NCBI GenBank assembly: GCA_049605255.1
Contig: JBMYUJ010000002.1
Span: forward strand, 9,791 to 73,790
Length of the DNA: 64,000 nt
From: Magnetospiraceae bacterium
GTDB lineage: Bacteria > Pseudomonadota > Alphaproteobacteria > Rhodospirillales > JBMYUJ01
Direction: 5' to 3'
Numbering within the stretch: the stretch's first letter is position 1; every line of letters starts with the position of its first letter. A program made the position numbers and the translations under genes. Below, in pieces: positions 10,344 to 18,442 of this stretch. Below the pieces are notes generated by a model. It was given only the letters and a program-made list of their open reading frames with translations, made no database searches and was not told the DNA's origin.

Positions 10344-11158
10344 TGACGCCCAGTCTCCCGCGCTGGGCACGGCTGCCCATTAACCGCTGTAACCTGCCCT
10401 CTGTGATCCTGGGAGGCTTGGCCTTTCAGGAACAGCCCAGCGTCTTGGAAATTGATTGCGTCCGCCCGCTTCATGAGGAGCTGTTCGCTATGTTGCGGGC
10501 CCTGCAAACCCATGACGCGCGCGCTGAACGGTTTATGGATTACATGACCGTCCATTTCATGTTGCATGAGCTGGAAGAAGCCGGGCTGGGCCCCCGGGTG
10601 CCCGGATCGCGGGCCAATGCGGATTATTTGCGGATGATGCGCGGCTGGCTTTTTGATAGCGATGGGCGGGAAGGCGCTGTTTTGAAAGGCTGGGTGGAAA
10701 GCCGCTTCGGGCTCCTGCCCCGGTATCATGGCGGCGCGATGAAGGATGTGGGCGAAGCGCCCTATCAACGCTATATCACCCAGCGGTCGGCCGGTTTCTA
10801 TAATACCAATGCCCTCGAAGGGCAGCTCGACCTGCTCTATACCTATTGCCAGTATGAATTGGCGCAAGGGGGACCGGCGGCGCGGCGTATTACCCTGCAT
10901 CGCGGCACCAACGGTCTGGAAGAATACGATATCCTGACCCGTCATTCCCGGCGGGAGGCCGATGTCCTCTTAAATAACCTGAATTCCTTTACCCTGGATC
11001 GCGATAAGGCCGGGGAATTCGGCGATCTGATCCTCACCATCCAGGTACCCGCGCCGAAGATCTTTTTCTATAGCGACCTCTTGCCCGGCCGCCTGCATGG
11101 CGAACAGGAATATGTGGTCATCGGCGGCGTCTACCGCGCCGATATCCGTTACGACTGA
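10343..11158 (+). CDS. draT: NAD+:dinitrogenase-reductase ADP-ribosyltransferase
   Basis: The 271-aa MTPSLPRWARLPINRCNLPS..NADYLRMMRGWLFDSDGREGAVLKGWVESRFGL..LHRGTNG..NSFTLDRDKAGEFG..YVVIGG matches my recollection of DraT. It is divergent from nifH, as in other diazotrophs. Confidence 0.9.
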   Translation: MTPSLPRWARLPINRCNLPSVILGGLAFQEQPSVLEIDCVRPLHEELFAMLRALQTHDARAERFMDYMTVHFMLHELEEAGLGPRVPGSRANADYLRMMRGWLFDSDGREGAVLKGWVESRFGLLPRYHGGAMKDVGEAPYQRYITQRSAGFYNTNALEGQLDLLYTYCQYELAQGGPAARRITLHRGTNGLEEYDILTRHSRREADVLLNNLNSFTLDRDKAGEFGDLILTIQVPAPKIFFYSDLLPGRLHGEQEYVVIGGVYRADIRYD

Positions 11159-11236
11159 CACGTTTTTTTGGCGGGTTTGAGACAAAATACGTAGTCAATC
11201 CAGTTTAGACCGGCGCAAATCCGCGGATTTCCGCCC

Positions 11237-11251
11237 TGGTACGAAATTTGC
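11237..11251 (+). promoter_or_regulatory. Candidate sigma54 promoter for the SIR2-like/hemerythrin pair
   Basis: TGGTACGAAATTTGC has GG and GC at the canonical -24/-12 spacing (TGGYAC-N5-TTGC). It lies 46 nt upstream of ATG 11297. I saw no exact TGT-N10-ACA upstream. Confidence 0.6.
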
Positions 11252-11296
11252 TCCCTCCTCCAACAACATGCCACCTTTGAAAAAGGACGAGAGAGA

Positions 11297-12136
11297 ATGA
11301 CTGGGTTCGACGATCTATTGGCCGGTGTTTCCGCCGGTACCATTATCCCCTATCTTGGCCCCGGCGTGCTTGCCGATGTGACCGAGGTCGGCGGCGACGC
11401 CCCGATCCCCGCCAATAGCGATGATCTGATTCTGGCCATCAATGGCGGCAAGCCCATGGCGCCACGTCTGATGTATGAATTTCCCCGCGCTGCCATGGAT
11501 CTGGAACTGAAAAAGGGGCGGAACTTTCTATCGCGCACCCTGAACGAAATCTTTGGTGAACGGCAATGGACCCGGGCGCGGGTGCATGATTGGCTGGCGG
11601 CGGTCAAACCACCCTATGTAATCGACATCAACCGGGATACCCAACTAATCGATTCCTATTCGGAAACCCCCCATACCCTGGTGCGGGGCATCGCCCGTGT
11701 AGGCGGCACCGATTACCGGTTCCTAATCCATGCCTATGACGGCAGCAGCTACACGGAAATCGACCAGGAAGCGGTGGACCCCCGCTTGCCGATCCTGTTC
11801 AAACCCATGGGATCGCCAACGCCGACACCGAATTATATCGCCTCGGATGCGGATTATGTGGATTACATCACCGAGTTGATGGGCGGCTTCGCCATTCCCA
11901 CCTTCATGAAGGACTACCGGCTGGAAAAACAATATCTGTTCCTGGGCATGCGTTTTACCCGGGATACGGAGCGCATGGTCATGTCGGATATCATCTATGG
12001 TGCCAACGCGCCCGCGGGCTATGCCTTGATCCCCGACCCCACGCCGAAGGAGCTGCGCTATTGCGCGCATAAGGGGATTGAAGTGATCCGGGGCGATTAC
12101 GGCAATCTACTATCCACCGTGAGGGCGGCCTCATGA
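11297..12136 (+). CDS. SIR2-like (SIR2_2/ThsA-type fold) protein, divergent active site
   Basis: The motif order fits SIR2_2: IIPYLGPGV (GAGxS-like), PPYVIDINRDTQLI (TTNYD-like), ILFKPMGSP (KLHGS-like with His replaced by Met), SDADYVDY, YLFLGMRFTRD (FLGYSxxD-like). This is pattern recognition only, with no HMM run. Confidence 0.6.
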   Translation: MTGFDDLLAGVSAGTIIPYLGPGVLADVTEVGGDAPIPANSDDLILAINGGKPMAPRLMYEFPRAAMDLELKKGRNFLSRTLNEIFGERQWTRARVHDWLAAVKPPYVIDINRDTQLIDSYSETPHTLVRGIARVGGTDYRFLIHAYDGSSYTEIDQEAVDPRLPILFKPMGSPTPTPNYIASDADYVDYITELMGGFAIPTFMKDYRLEKQYLFLGMRFTRDTERMVMSDIIYGANAPAGYALIPDPTPKELRYCAHKGIEVIRGDYGNLLSTVRAAS

Positions 12137-12531
12137 GTAAATGGAACCCGTCGGAACACGCCCTGGGTCACGCCGATATGGATGCCACTCATGAAGAGTT
12201 TCTAGACCTGGTAACCCAGGCGCAGCAGGCCACCAACGAGGCGTTTCCCGCCGCGTTCAAAGCGCTGATGGCCCATACGCAGGCGCATTTCGCCAACGAG
12301 GAACGGCTGATGGAAGAGTCCGGTTTCCCCGCCTTTGGGGAACATCGGGAGGACCATCGCCGGGTCTTGGGCGACATGACCCAACTGGCCAGCCGCGTGG
12401 AGGCCGGACGGATCGCCTTCGCCCGGGCTTATTTGCGGGATCGGATTTTGGAATGGTTCACCCAGCATCTGGGCACCATGGATAGCGCCCTCGCCTTTCA
12501 TCTGAAACTCGCGGAAAAACGCTCGGCATAA
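12133..12531 (+). CDS. Bacteriohemerythrin-like protein
   Basis: MDATHEEF, HTQAHFANEE, FGEHREDHRRV and WFTQHLGTMDSAL form hemerythrin His/Glu/Asp iron-ligand motifs. The start shares an ATGA overlap with the SIR2-like stop. Confidence 0.85.
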   Translation: MSKWNPSEHALGHADMDATHEEFLDLVTQAQQATNEAFPAAFKALMAHTQAHFANEERLMEESGFPAFGEHREDHRRVLGDMTQLASRVEAGRIAFARAYLRDRILEWFTQHLGTMDSALAFHLKLAEKRSA

Positions 12532-12538
12532 TCGCGCG

Positions 12539-12590
12539 CTAAACTGTCACGCCGACCGGCAGATCTGCCTAAATTGTCACGCCCACCGGC
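12539..12590. repeat. Imperfect 22-bp direct repeat duplicating the 3' end of draG
   Basis: CTAAACTGTCACGCCGACCGGC (12539-12560) and CTAAATTGTCACGCCCACCGGC (12569-12590) match at 20/22. The second copy encodes the draG C-terminus PVGVTI-stop, and the first would read PVGVTV-stop. Confidence 0.8.
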
Positions 12591-13486
12591 GCGCGGGCCA
12601 GGAGAAGCCTGGCCTGTTCGATGCACTGAATTCCGATCTTTGGATCCAGGGCAGCCACCCAGTTCTTGGGAATGCCCTCCACGCCCCAGAGGGCGCCCGC
12701 CAGCATACCGGCGATGGCCCCCGTCGTGTCCGCATCGCCGCCCCGGTTCACCACGTCGATCAAGATCTCGGAAAAGCCGTCCTTATCACGGAGCGCCTGA
12801 AACACGGCGCGCAGGGTATCCACGATAAAGCCAGACGGGTTTTTTTCGCGCTTTCCGACAAAGGAAAATTCGGGAGACTTTGCGGCGAAACCCTCGGCCA
12901 TCTCGCGCAGATCGGCAAGGGACGCGTTCCCCGCCACGGCCGCTTGCACCATGTCGACAATACAATATGTCCCCGCATCGGAGAGGGCATTATTGTGGGT
13001 AATATGGGATTGCATCTCCACGGCCAGACGGACCTGTTCGGGCGCCGCGCCCAGGGTCGCCAATGCCACGGGCAAAACCCGCATGCAGGCCCCATTGCCG
13101 CCGTCATATTCGTTTTCGGGGACCCGGGTTTCATCGGTTTGCCGGTAGCGCACGATGCCGCGTCGGACCGTATTGCCCATATCCACCGGTTTGCTGCGCA
13201 TCCAGGCGCTGAAGGCCTCGGCAATGGCCCGCCCATCTACCGCCCCGTTGTCCAAAATGGACTGGCCGAGATAGAGGCTCATTTCGGTATCGTCGGTGAT
13301 CTGCCCAGGTTGCAACCGCAGCCAGCCACCGCCGATGATATTCCTGTGAACTCTGTATTGATCGGCGATTTCGCGCGGGGTCATGAATTCGACCGTGGCC
13401 CCCAGGGCATCGCCCACCGCCAACCCCAGATAGGCGCCAATGGCCCGATTTTCCAAGTCAGTCTTCGGGTCCGAAACAATAGTCAT
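12569..13486 (-). CDS. draG: ADP-ribosyl-[dinitrogen reductase] glycohydrolase
   Basis: RAIGAYLGLAVGDALGATVEFMTPREIADQY..GGGWLRLQPGQITDDTEMSL..GGDADTTGAIAGMLAGALWG closely matches R. rubrum DraG as I recall it. Start 13486 overlaps the nifQ 3' end by 29 nt. Confidence 0.93.
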   Translation of the reverse strand: MTIVSDPKTDLENRAIGAYLGLAVGDALGATVEFMTPREIADQYRVHRNIIGGGWLRLQPGQITDDTEMSLYLGQSILDNGAVDGRAIAEAFSAWMRSKPVDMGNTVRRGIVRYRQTDETRVPENEYDGGNGACMRVLPVALATLGAAPEQVRLAVEMQSHITHNNALSDAGTYCIVDMVQAAVAGNASLADLREMAEGFAAKSPEFSFVGKREKNPSGFIVDTLRAVFQALRDKDGFSEILIDVVNRGGDADTTGAIAGMLAGALWGVEGIPKNWVAALDPKIGIQCIEQARLLLARAPVGVTI

Positions 13487-14051
13487 AATCGACGCAGGTC
13501 TCGCAGGTGGGAGACCGGCAGATGAACACGCCATGCGCCTCGCACAACTGTTTGTAGAGGAACTTTTTCCATTTCATGTTCTTCCGGTTGCGCCGCCCCA
13601 ATCGGGGGAAATTATACTCGATCATACGGGTCAGGTCAGCCCGCGCCCACAGGCCCAGGTCTTGCCAGAGGTGATCAGACCCCATGCAGCCCGCACAAAT
13701 CAACTCCGCGATCCAAAATTCCGCCGGATCCCGCTTTGCCCGATGGGCCAACAGCAAAGACCGAAGATCATCAAGTTCTTCCATCCGTTCCAACGGACGC
13801 GGCAACGGGCCACCAGGAGCGGCGGAAAAACGGGCGCCGGGAAAAGCATGGCGCAGCATACGCCGGAACTGCCCCGCGGGCAGGCCCATATAGCCCCGTA
13901 ACATGCCCTCGCCCAGGGACCAAGACGCGATCATCTGGGCCATGAATCGGTCATTGGGCACGCCGCGCCCCCGGGCCAAAAGATCGGCGGCCACGGCCCG
14001 GCGGGCATCCGCTGGGCCGTGGTTCCGTAGGCTTTGTGTAACGACAGACAT
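13458..14051 (-). CDS. nifQ: NifQ (Mo processing for FeMo-co)
   Basis: The C-terminal KWKKFLYKQLCEAHGVFICRSPTCETCVDYDYC carries the Cx4Cx2Cx5C NifQ signature. Start 14051 lies 8 nt after the upstream stop. Confidence 0.88.
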   Translation of the reverse strand: MSVVTQSLRNHGPADARRAVAADLLARGRGVPNDRFMAQMIASWSLGEGMLRGYMGLPAGQFRRMLRHAFPGARFSAAPGGPLPRPLERMEELDDLRSLLLAHRAKRDPAEFWIAELICAGCMGSDHLWQDLGLWARADLTRMIEYNFPRLGRRNRKNMKWKKFLYKQLCEAHGVFICRSPTCETCVDYDYCFGPED

Positions 14052-14059
14052 TCGCGGCC

Positions 14060-14407
14060 TCAATATTCGACCAGAATATCCTCGTCGCGCACGATCATCT
14101 GGCAGGCCAGACGCCATTCGCAGGGAATGTCATCCACCAGCATCCGATCGAGCTCGTCCTTGGTCACTTTGCCCACTTCGCGCAAAACGACCCGTTCTTT
14201 TTCCGTCAGGTGACGGCCCATGAAGGGCTTTTCACCCAGCATGGAGATTTTGATGATGCAACTGCCACATTCGCCATCACCGCAATCGAATTGGATGGGA
14301 ATGCTGTTGGACTTGGCGATCTTCAGCACGGTTTCGGTATGGCTTCCGGCCACCGCGTAAACGGTTTTATCCTTGTAAGCCGGGTTGGAGAACGTAATTG
14401 TCGGCAT
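14060..14407 (-). CDS. Plant-type [2Fe-2S] ferredoxin
   Basis: FDCGDGECGSCIIK...RLACQ matches the C-x4/5-C-x2-C...C pattern of 2Fe-2S ferredoxins. Confidence 0.8.
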   Translation of the reverse strand: MPTITFSNPAYKDKTVYAVAGSHTETVLKIAKSNSIPIQFDCGDGECGSCIIKISMLGEKPFMGRHLTEKERVVLREVGKVTKDELDRMLVDDIPCEWRLACQMIVRDEDILVEY

Positions 14408-14443
14408 CGGTCCGATCCTCGATTTTCTAGGGTTAAATTGGGG

Positions 14444-14740
<297 letters not shown>

Positions 14741-14775
14741 TCACTCATTTTCAAAAATTAGTTCCCCTTCGCGTT

Positions 14776-16041
14776 TCAACCGAGGGATGCCAGGTCGATT
14801 TCCCGCGGCTTTAAAAGACCGCAAAGATGTTCGGCGACGGCACGGCCGAAACGCTCGCACTCTCCAAGCTCCGCTTGAGACGGTGCTAACTTCAGGCGCA
14901 TTCCGGAAACCGGAACCCGCATTTTTAGTCCCCGCAGTCTGGCCTCTATCATGTCCACGGCTTCGCCGGTCCAGCCGTAGGAGCCAAACGCCGCGCCGAG
15001 TTTTCCCTGTGTCTTGATCATGCCCAGCGAGGACAGCAGGTCCCAGACCGGCTTGGCCGCATCGCCATTGATAGTGGGGCTCCCGAAAATCAGGCCATCG
15101 GCTTCTTCCACCAGATCCACAAAGGGCTGGGGGTCGCCCCCCGCCAGATCATAGAGGGAGACGCGCACGCCGGGGATTTGCTCCGCCCCGCGCCGCACCG
15201 ATTGAGCCATGGTCGCCGTGCTGCCATAGGCACTGATATAGAAAATCAACAGGCTTTTTTCCGCTGCGCCCACTTCGCTTTTCAAGCTGGGGCGGGATAG
15301 CTCCCGATAGCGGCGGATATAGTCTCTCGGACGGTCCCGCAGGATCGGGCCATGGGCTGGCGCGACCAGGGCGGGCGACAGGGGTTCGATCAGATCCAGC
15401 GCCTGGTTCACATACTCTTTGAACGGGCGCATGATGTGGGAATAGTAATATTCAAAGGAGAACCGGAAATCCCCGGCCATATCGTTAAACAGGCGGTCGT
15501 CGCAAAAATGGCACCCGAACACATCGCCGGAGAACAGTATTTTATCTTCTTCCAGATAGGTGCATTGGGTATCCGGCCAATGCAGGTAGGGGGTGTTCAA
15601 GAACCGTAAGGTACGCCCGCCAATGGACACCGAATCCCCCGTCGCCACCGCGGTGAACGGGAACTCTTGCAGGTCGGGCTTCAACAAGGCCTTCAGCATG
15701 TTTGGCGCCCGGCGGGAGATGAACACCTGCGCTTGCGGCGCCCGGCGCATCAACTCCGGCAGCGCGCCGGTATGGTCTGGCTCCAAATGGTTGAGGACAA
15801 TTACCTTGATCTCGTCATATCGGGCGACGGATTCCAGGCGCTTGAAAAACGTGTCGGCGAATTCTTGCTTCACCGTATCGACGATGGCGACTCCGTCTTC
15901 CCCGCGAATCAGATACGCGTTATAGGAGGTGCCATTGGCGGTCCGAAGGATGATGTCAAAGTTACGCAAGTCTGGGTCGAACGCGCCGGCCCAGTACACC
16001 TCATTGCCAATGGAAACCGCGCCATCGCCGACAGAAATCAT
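14776..16041 (-). CDS. Flavodiiron protein (FprA-type O2/NO reductase: metallo-beta-lactamase plus flavodoxin domains)
   Basis: NHLEPDHTG (HxExDH di-iron motif) is followed by a C-terminal flavodoxin-like LLIFYISAYGSTATMA..GSPTINGD. The start shares an ATGA overlap with the upstream gene. Confidence 0.85.
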   Translation of the reverse strand: MISVGDGAVSIGNEVYWAGAFDPDLRNFDIILRTANGTSYNAYLIRGEDGVAIVDTVKQEFADTFFKRLESVARYDEIKVIVLNHLEPDHTGALPELMRRAPQAQVFISRRAPNMLKALLKPDLQEFPFTAVATGDSVSIGGRTLRFLNTPYLHWPDTQCTYLEEDKILFSGDVFGCHFCDDRLFNDMAGDFRFSFEYYYSHIMRPFKEYVNQALDLIEPLSPALVAPAHGPILRDRPRDYIRRYRELSRPSLKSEVGAAEKSLLIFYISAYGSTATMAQSVRRGAEQIPGVRVSLYDLAGGDPQPFVDLVEEADGLIFGSPTINGDAAKPVWDLLSSLGMIKTQGKLGAAFGSYGWTGEAVDMIEARLRGLKMRVPVSGMRLKLAPSQAELGECERFGRAVAEHLCGLLKPREIDLASLG

Positions 16042-16463
16042 GACACGGGCTCCCGCATGTTTTCCGCGTGAGTGCGCGGGCAGGTTTCCAAATCCTCTTT
16101 GGGCGGCGCCATATCGATGCCCAGGGCCAATAGCGCCGGACCGGGCACAAAGCCGCTGATCTTGCCTAGGTCCGTTTCCATCAAGGGGCGACGGATCAGC
16201 AGTGGATCTTCCACCATCAGCGCCAGGGCCGTGGCTGCATCCAAACTAGCGGGATCTACCTCGCCGGATTTCACCCGAGGGGCGGATGCGTTGAACCATT
16301 CCTTCACCGGACGATCACCGAAAAACGGCTGCAGGGATTGCACGGTCCACGGCCAACGCAAAAGATCCCTGACCTCCACCTCGTAACCGAGGTCGCGGAG
16401 CAGGGCCTTTTGCTTGGTGTTGTTGATGCAACCCGGTTTCTCGTAGAAATCGATCCTGGTCAC
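16038..16463 (-). CDS. nifO: ArsC/Spx-fold nitrogenase-associated protein (NifO-like)
   Basis: MTRIDFYEKPGCINNTKQKALLRDLGYEVEVRDLL is an ArsC-family N-terminus. Its position between fdxN and nifQ matches the A. vinelandii nifB-fdxN-nifO-nifQ order. Confidence 0.7.
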   Translation of the reverse strand: MTRIDFYEKPGCINNTKQKALLRDLGYEVEVRDLLRWPWTVQSLQPFFGDRPVKEWFNASAPRVKSGEVDPASLDAATALALMVEDPLLIRRPLMETDLGKISGFVPGPALLALGIDMAPPKEDLETCPRTHAENMREPVS

Positions 16464-16473
16464 GACCTCGTTC

Positions 16474-16752
16474 CTAGCGGGCTTGGATCTCCGCCATGGC
16501 GGCGGCCATCCGTTCTGGTGGAATGCCGGTCAATGAGCCCGGCGGATTAATCGGCGCCCCGACCGCATCCAGGATCGCCCCTTCGATGGGGCAAATGGAA
16601 GCGCATTGCGGTTCGCCATGATCGCCATCGCATTCGGTGCAGGCGCGGGGATCGATCATGAAATGCGGCGCCGCCTGGTAGATGGCTTCGCTGGGGCACA
16701 AGGGCATACAGGCCCAGCAATTGGTGCAGCTTTCGACAATCTTCAGGGCCAT
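16474..16752 (-). CDS. fdxN: nif-specific 2x[4Fe-4S] ferredoxin III
   Basis: MALKIVESCTNCWACMPLCP and CTECDGDHGEPQCASICP are the two Cys clusters. The gene lies immediately downstream of nifB. Confidence 0.88.
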   Translation of the reverse strand: MALKIVESCTNCWACMPLCPSEAIYQAAPHFMIDPRACTECDGDHGEPQCASICPIEGAILDAVGAPINPPGSLTGIPPERMAAAMAEIQAR

Positions 16753-16767
16753 GGTTCGGCTCTCCTC

Positions 16768-18258
16768 TTAAGCGCTCAGCGCGGCCGCGGTCGGCGCTTC
16801 CGCCAACTGACCCGCCTCGTACATTTCGTGGTAGACGGCCCATACGGCCTCTTCGATTTCCTCCAAGGCATGTTCACCGTTGGGTTGAATGCCCGCGCCC
16901 TCCAGCCGGTCCCAGGGTTCCATGCCGATCTTGGCGCAGAGCACCGCTTCGCAGCCTTCCAACGCCCGGACGATGCGATCGATCTTGTCCTCACCTTCGT
17001 CGTCGCAGGTATCGGAACCAACGCAATATTGCTCCGCCTTGCGATGGCCGATGAACTCCACACCTTCGGGGGTGGCCTTGTAGACCATGAATTCGCTGGC
17101 ATGGCCGAAATGCTGGTTGATGACGCCCTGGCCCTTGGAGGCAATCGCCATTAGGACGGGCCGCGCCGACATATCGGGAAAAGCCTTGAGGGGTTCGGCC
17201 TCGGCCGCCTTGATATCCCGATTGGATTCGATAGCGGCGTGGAATTCCGCCCGCTTTTCCATGGCCGCGTCGTAATCGATTTGCATCTCGTCGACCTTGT
17301 CCATGGTAAACTCCTGGCCGCGGTCTTCGCCCAGCATGCCGACCGCATCGGCACGGCACTGGCGGCAATGCTTCATCAGGTTGGCCCCCCCGGCGCAATC
17401 TTCCTGCAAGGTTTGCAGTTCGGTTGGGGTGGGGCCACGCTGGCCCATGACGCCGTAGAAGGTACCGTGCTCCGCCTCGGCAATCAGCGGCATGATGTTG
17501 TGTAAGAAAGCACCCTTGGATTGAACCACCCGGTTCACCTCCTTCAGATGCTCGTCGTTCACACCCGGGATCATCACCGAGTTGACCTTCACCAGGATGC
17601 CCCGCTCGGTAAGCATCTCCAGGCCCTTTTGCTGACGCTCGATCAAAATCTCTGCCGCCTTCCGACCCCGAATCCGCCGGTTTTTCCAGAAAATCCAGGG
17701 GTAGATCTTGGCGCCGACGTCCGGGTCGACGCAGTTGATGGTGATGGTCACGTGATCCACATTATGTTTGGCCAGTTCATCCACACAGTCGGGCAGCGCC
17801 AGGCCATTGGTGGACACGCAGAGTTTGATGTCCGGCGCTTTCTCCGTGAGTTCGCGGAAAGTTTGGAAGGTCCGCTCCGGGTTCGCCAGAGGATCGCCAG
17901 GACCGGCGATGCCGAGCACGGTCATCTGCGGCACATTGGCCGCCACCGCCATCACCTTGCGCACCGCCTGATCCGGTTGCAGCAGTTCCGAAACCACGCC
18001 GGGGCGGGATTCGTTCGCGCAATCATATTTGCGGTTACAGTAATGGCATTGGATGTTACAGGCGGGCGCAACGGCCACATGCATCCGTGCATAATAGTGG
18101 TGCGCCTGTTCGGAATAGCAGGGGTGGTTATGGACCTTTTCCCGGATCGCCTCCGGCAGGTGAGAAAGCTGGTCATTGGTGCTGCCGCAGGAACTTGAGG
18201 CGCAGCCGCTTTCCGCTGCTTCCGGCGCACTATCTTGTCCGAGAACTTTTAAATCCAT
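16768..18258 (-). CDS. nifB: NifB, radical-SAM FeMo-cofactor (NifB-co) synthase
   Basis: HVAVAPACNIQCHYCNRKYDCANESRPGV contains the CxxxCxxC radical SAM motif. The C-terminal NifX-like domain shows INQHFGHASEFMVY. Confidence 0.97.
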   Translation of the reverse strand: MDLKVLGQDSAPEAAESGCASSSCGSTNDQLSHLPEAIREKVHNHPCYSEQAHHYYARMHVAVAPACNIQCHYCNRKYDCANESRPGVVSELLQPDQAVRKVMAVAANVPQMTVLGIAGPGDPLANPERTFQTFRELTEKAPDIKLCVSTNGLALPDCVDELAKHNVDHVTITINCVDPDVGAKIYPWIFWKNRRIRGRKAAEILIERQQKGLEMLTERGILVKVNSVMIPGVNDEHLKEVNRVVQSKGAFLHNIMPLIAEAEHGTFYGVMGQRGPTPTELQTLQEDCAGGANLMKHCRQCRADAVGMLGEDRGQEFTMDKVDEMQIDYDAAMEKRAEFHAAIESNRDIKAAEAEPLKAFPDMSARPVLMAIASKGQGVINQHFGHASEFMVYKATPEGVEFIGHRKAEQYCVGSDTCDDEGEDKIDRIVRALEGCEAVLCAKIGMEPWDRLEGAGIQPNGEHALEEIEEAVWAVYHEMYEAGQLAEAPTAAALSA

Positions 18259-18297
18259 GACTTGATCTCCAACAGTCCGAGTGTTGGAGCGATTACA

Positions 18298-18312
18298 GCA
18301 AGCGCCGTGCCA
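18298..18312 (-). promoter_or_regulatory. sigma54 promoter of the nifB operon
   Basis: The reverse complement reads TGGCACGGCGCTTGC, an exact consensus, about 40 nt upstream of the nifB ATG. Confidence 0.9.
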
Positions 18313-18407
18313 ACGCTTATTGCAGAAGCTTACGCCTTGTAATTCTTCACTTTATGGAATGAATGTCGGGTTCGGTCCCCCACAAGTCGACAGGGAGTCA
18401 GCGTTCC

Positions 18408-18423
18408 TGTCGCGTTTGCGACA
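18408..18423. promoter_or_regulatory. NifA UAS for nifB
   Basis: TGTCGCGTTTGCGACA is an exact TGT-N10-ACA, about 95 bp upstream of the -24 element. Confidence 0.8.
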
Positions 18424-18442
18424 TTCCTTGCAGCGCAGACTT

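Noticed and set aside
10371-10390. A sigma54-like string CTGGGCACGGCTGCC on the plus strand just inside draT.
   Set aside because: The GG-to-GC spacing does not fit TGGCAC-N5-TTGC. It also lies within the draT coding sequence with nothing sensible downstream to drive.
11297-12136. SIR2-like gene as part of a phage-defence island (Thoeris, DSR, SIR2-HerA or pAgo-type).
   Set aside because: There is no partner gene typical of those systems (TIR, HerA, Argonaute or a large DSR architecture) and no mobile-element or prophage context. The apparent catalytic His is missing. The gene is nested between draT and draG with a sigma54 promoter and a coupled hemerythrin. I keep it only as an alternative hypothesis in the main finding.
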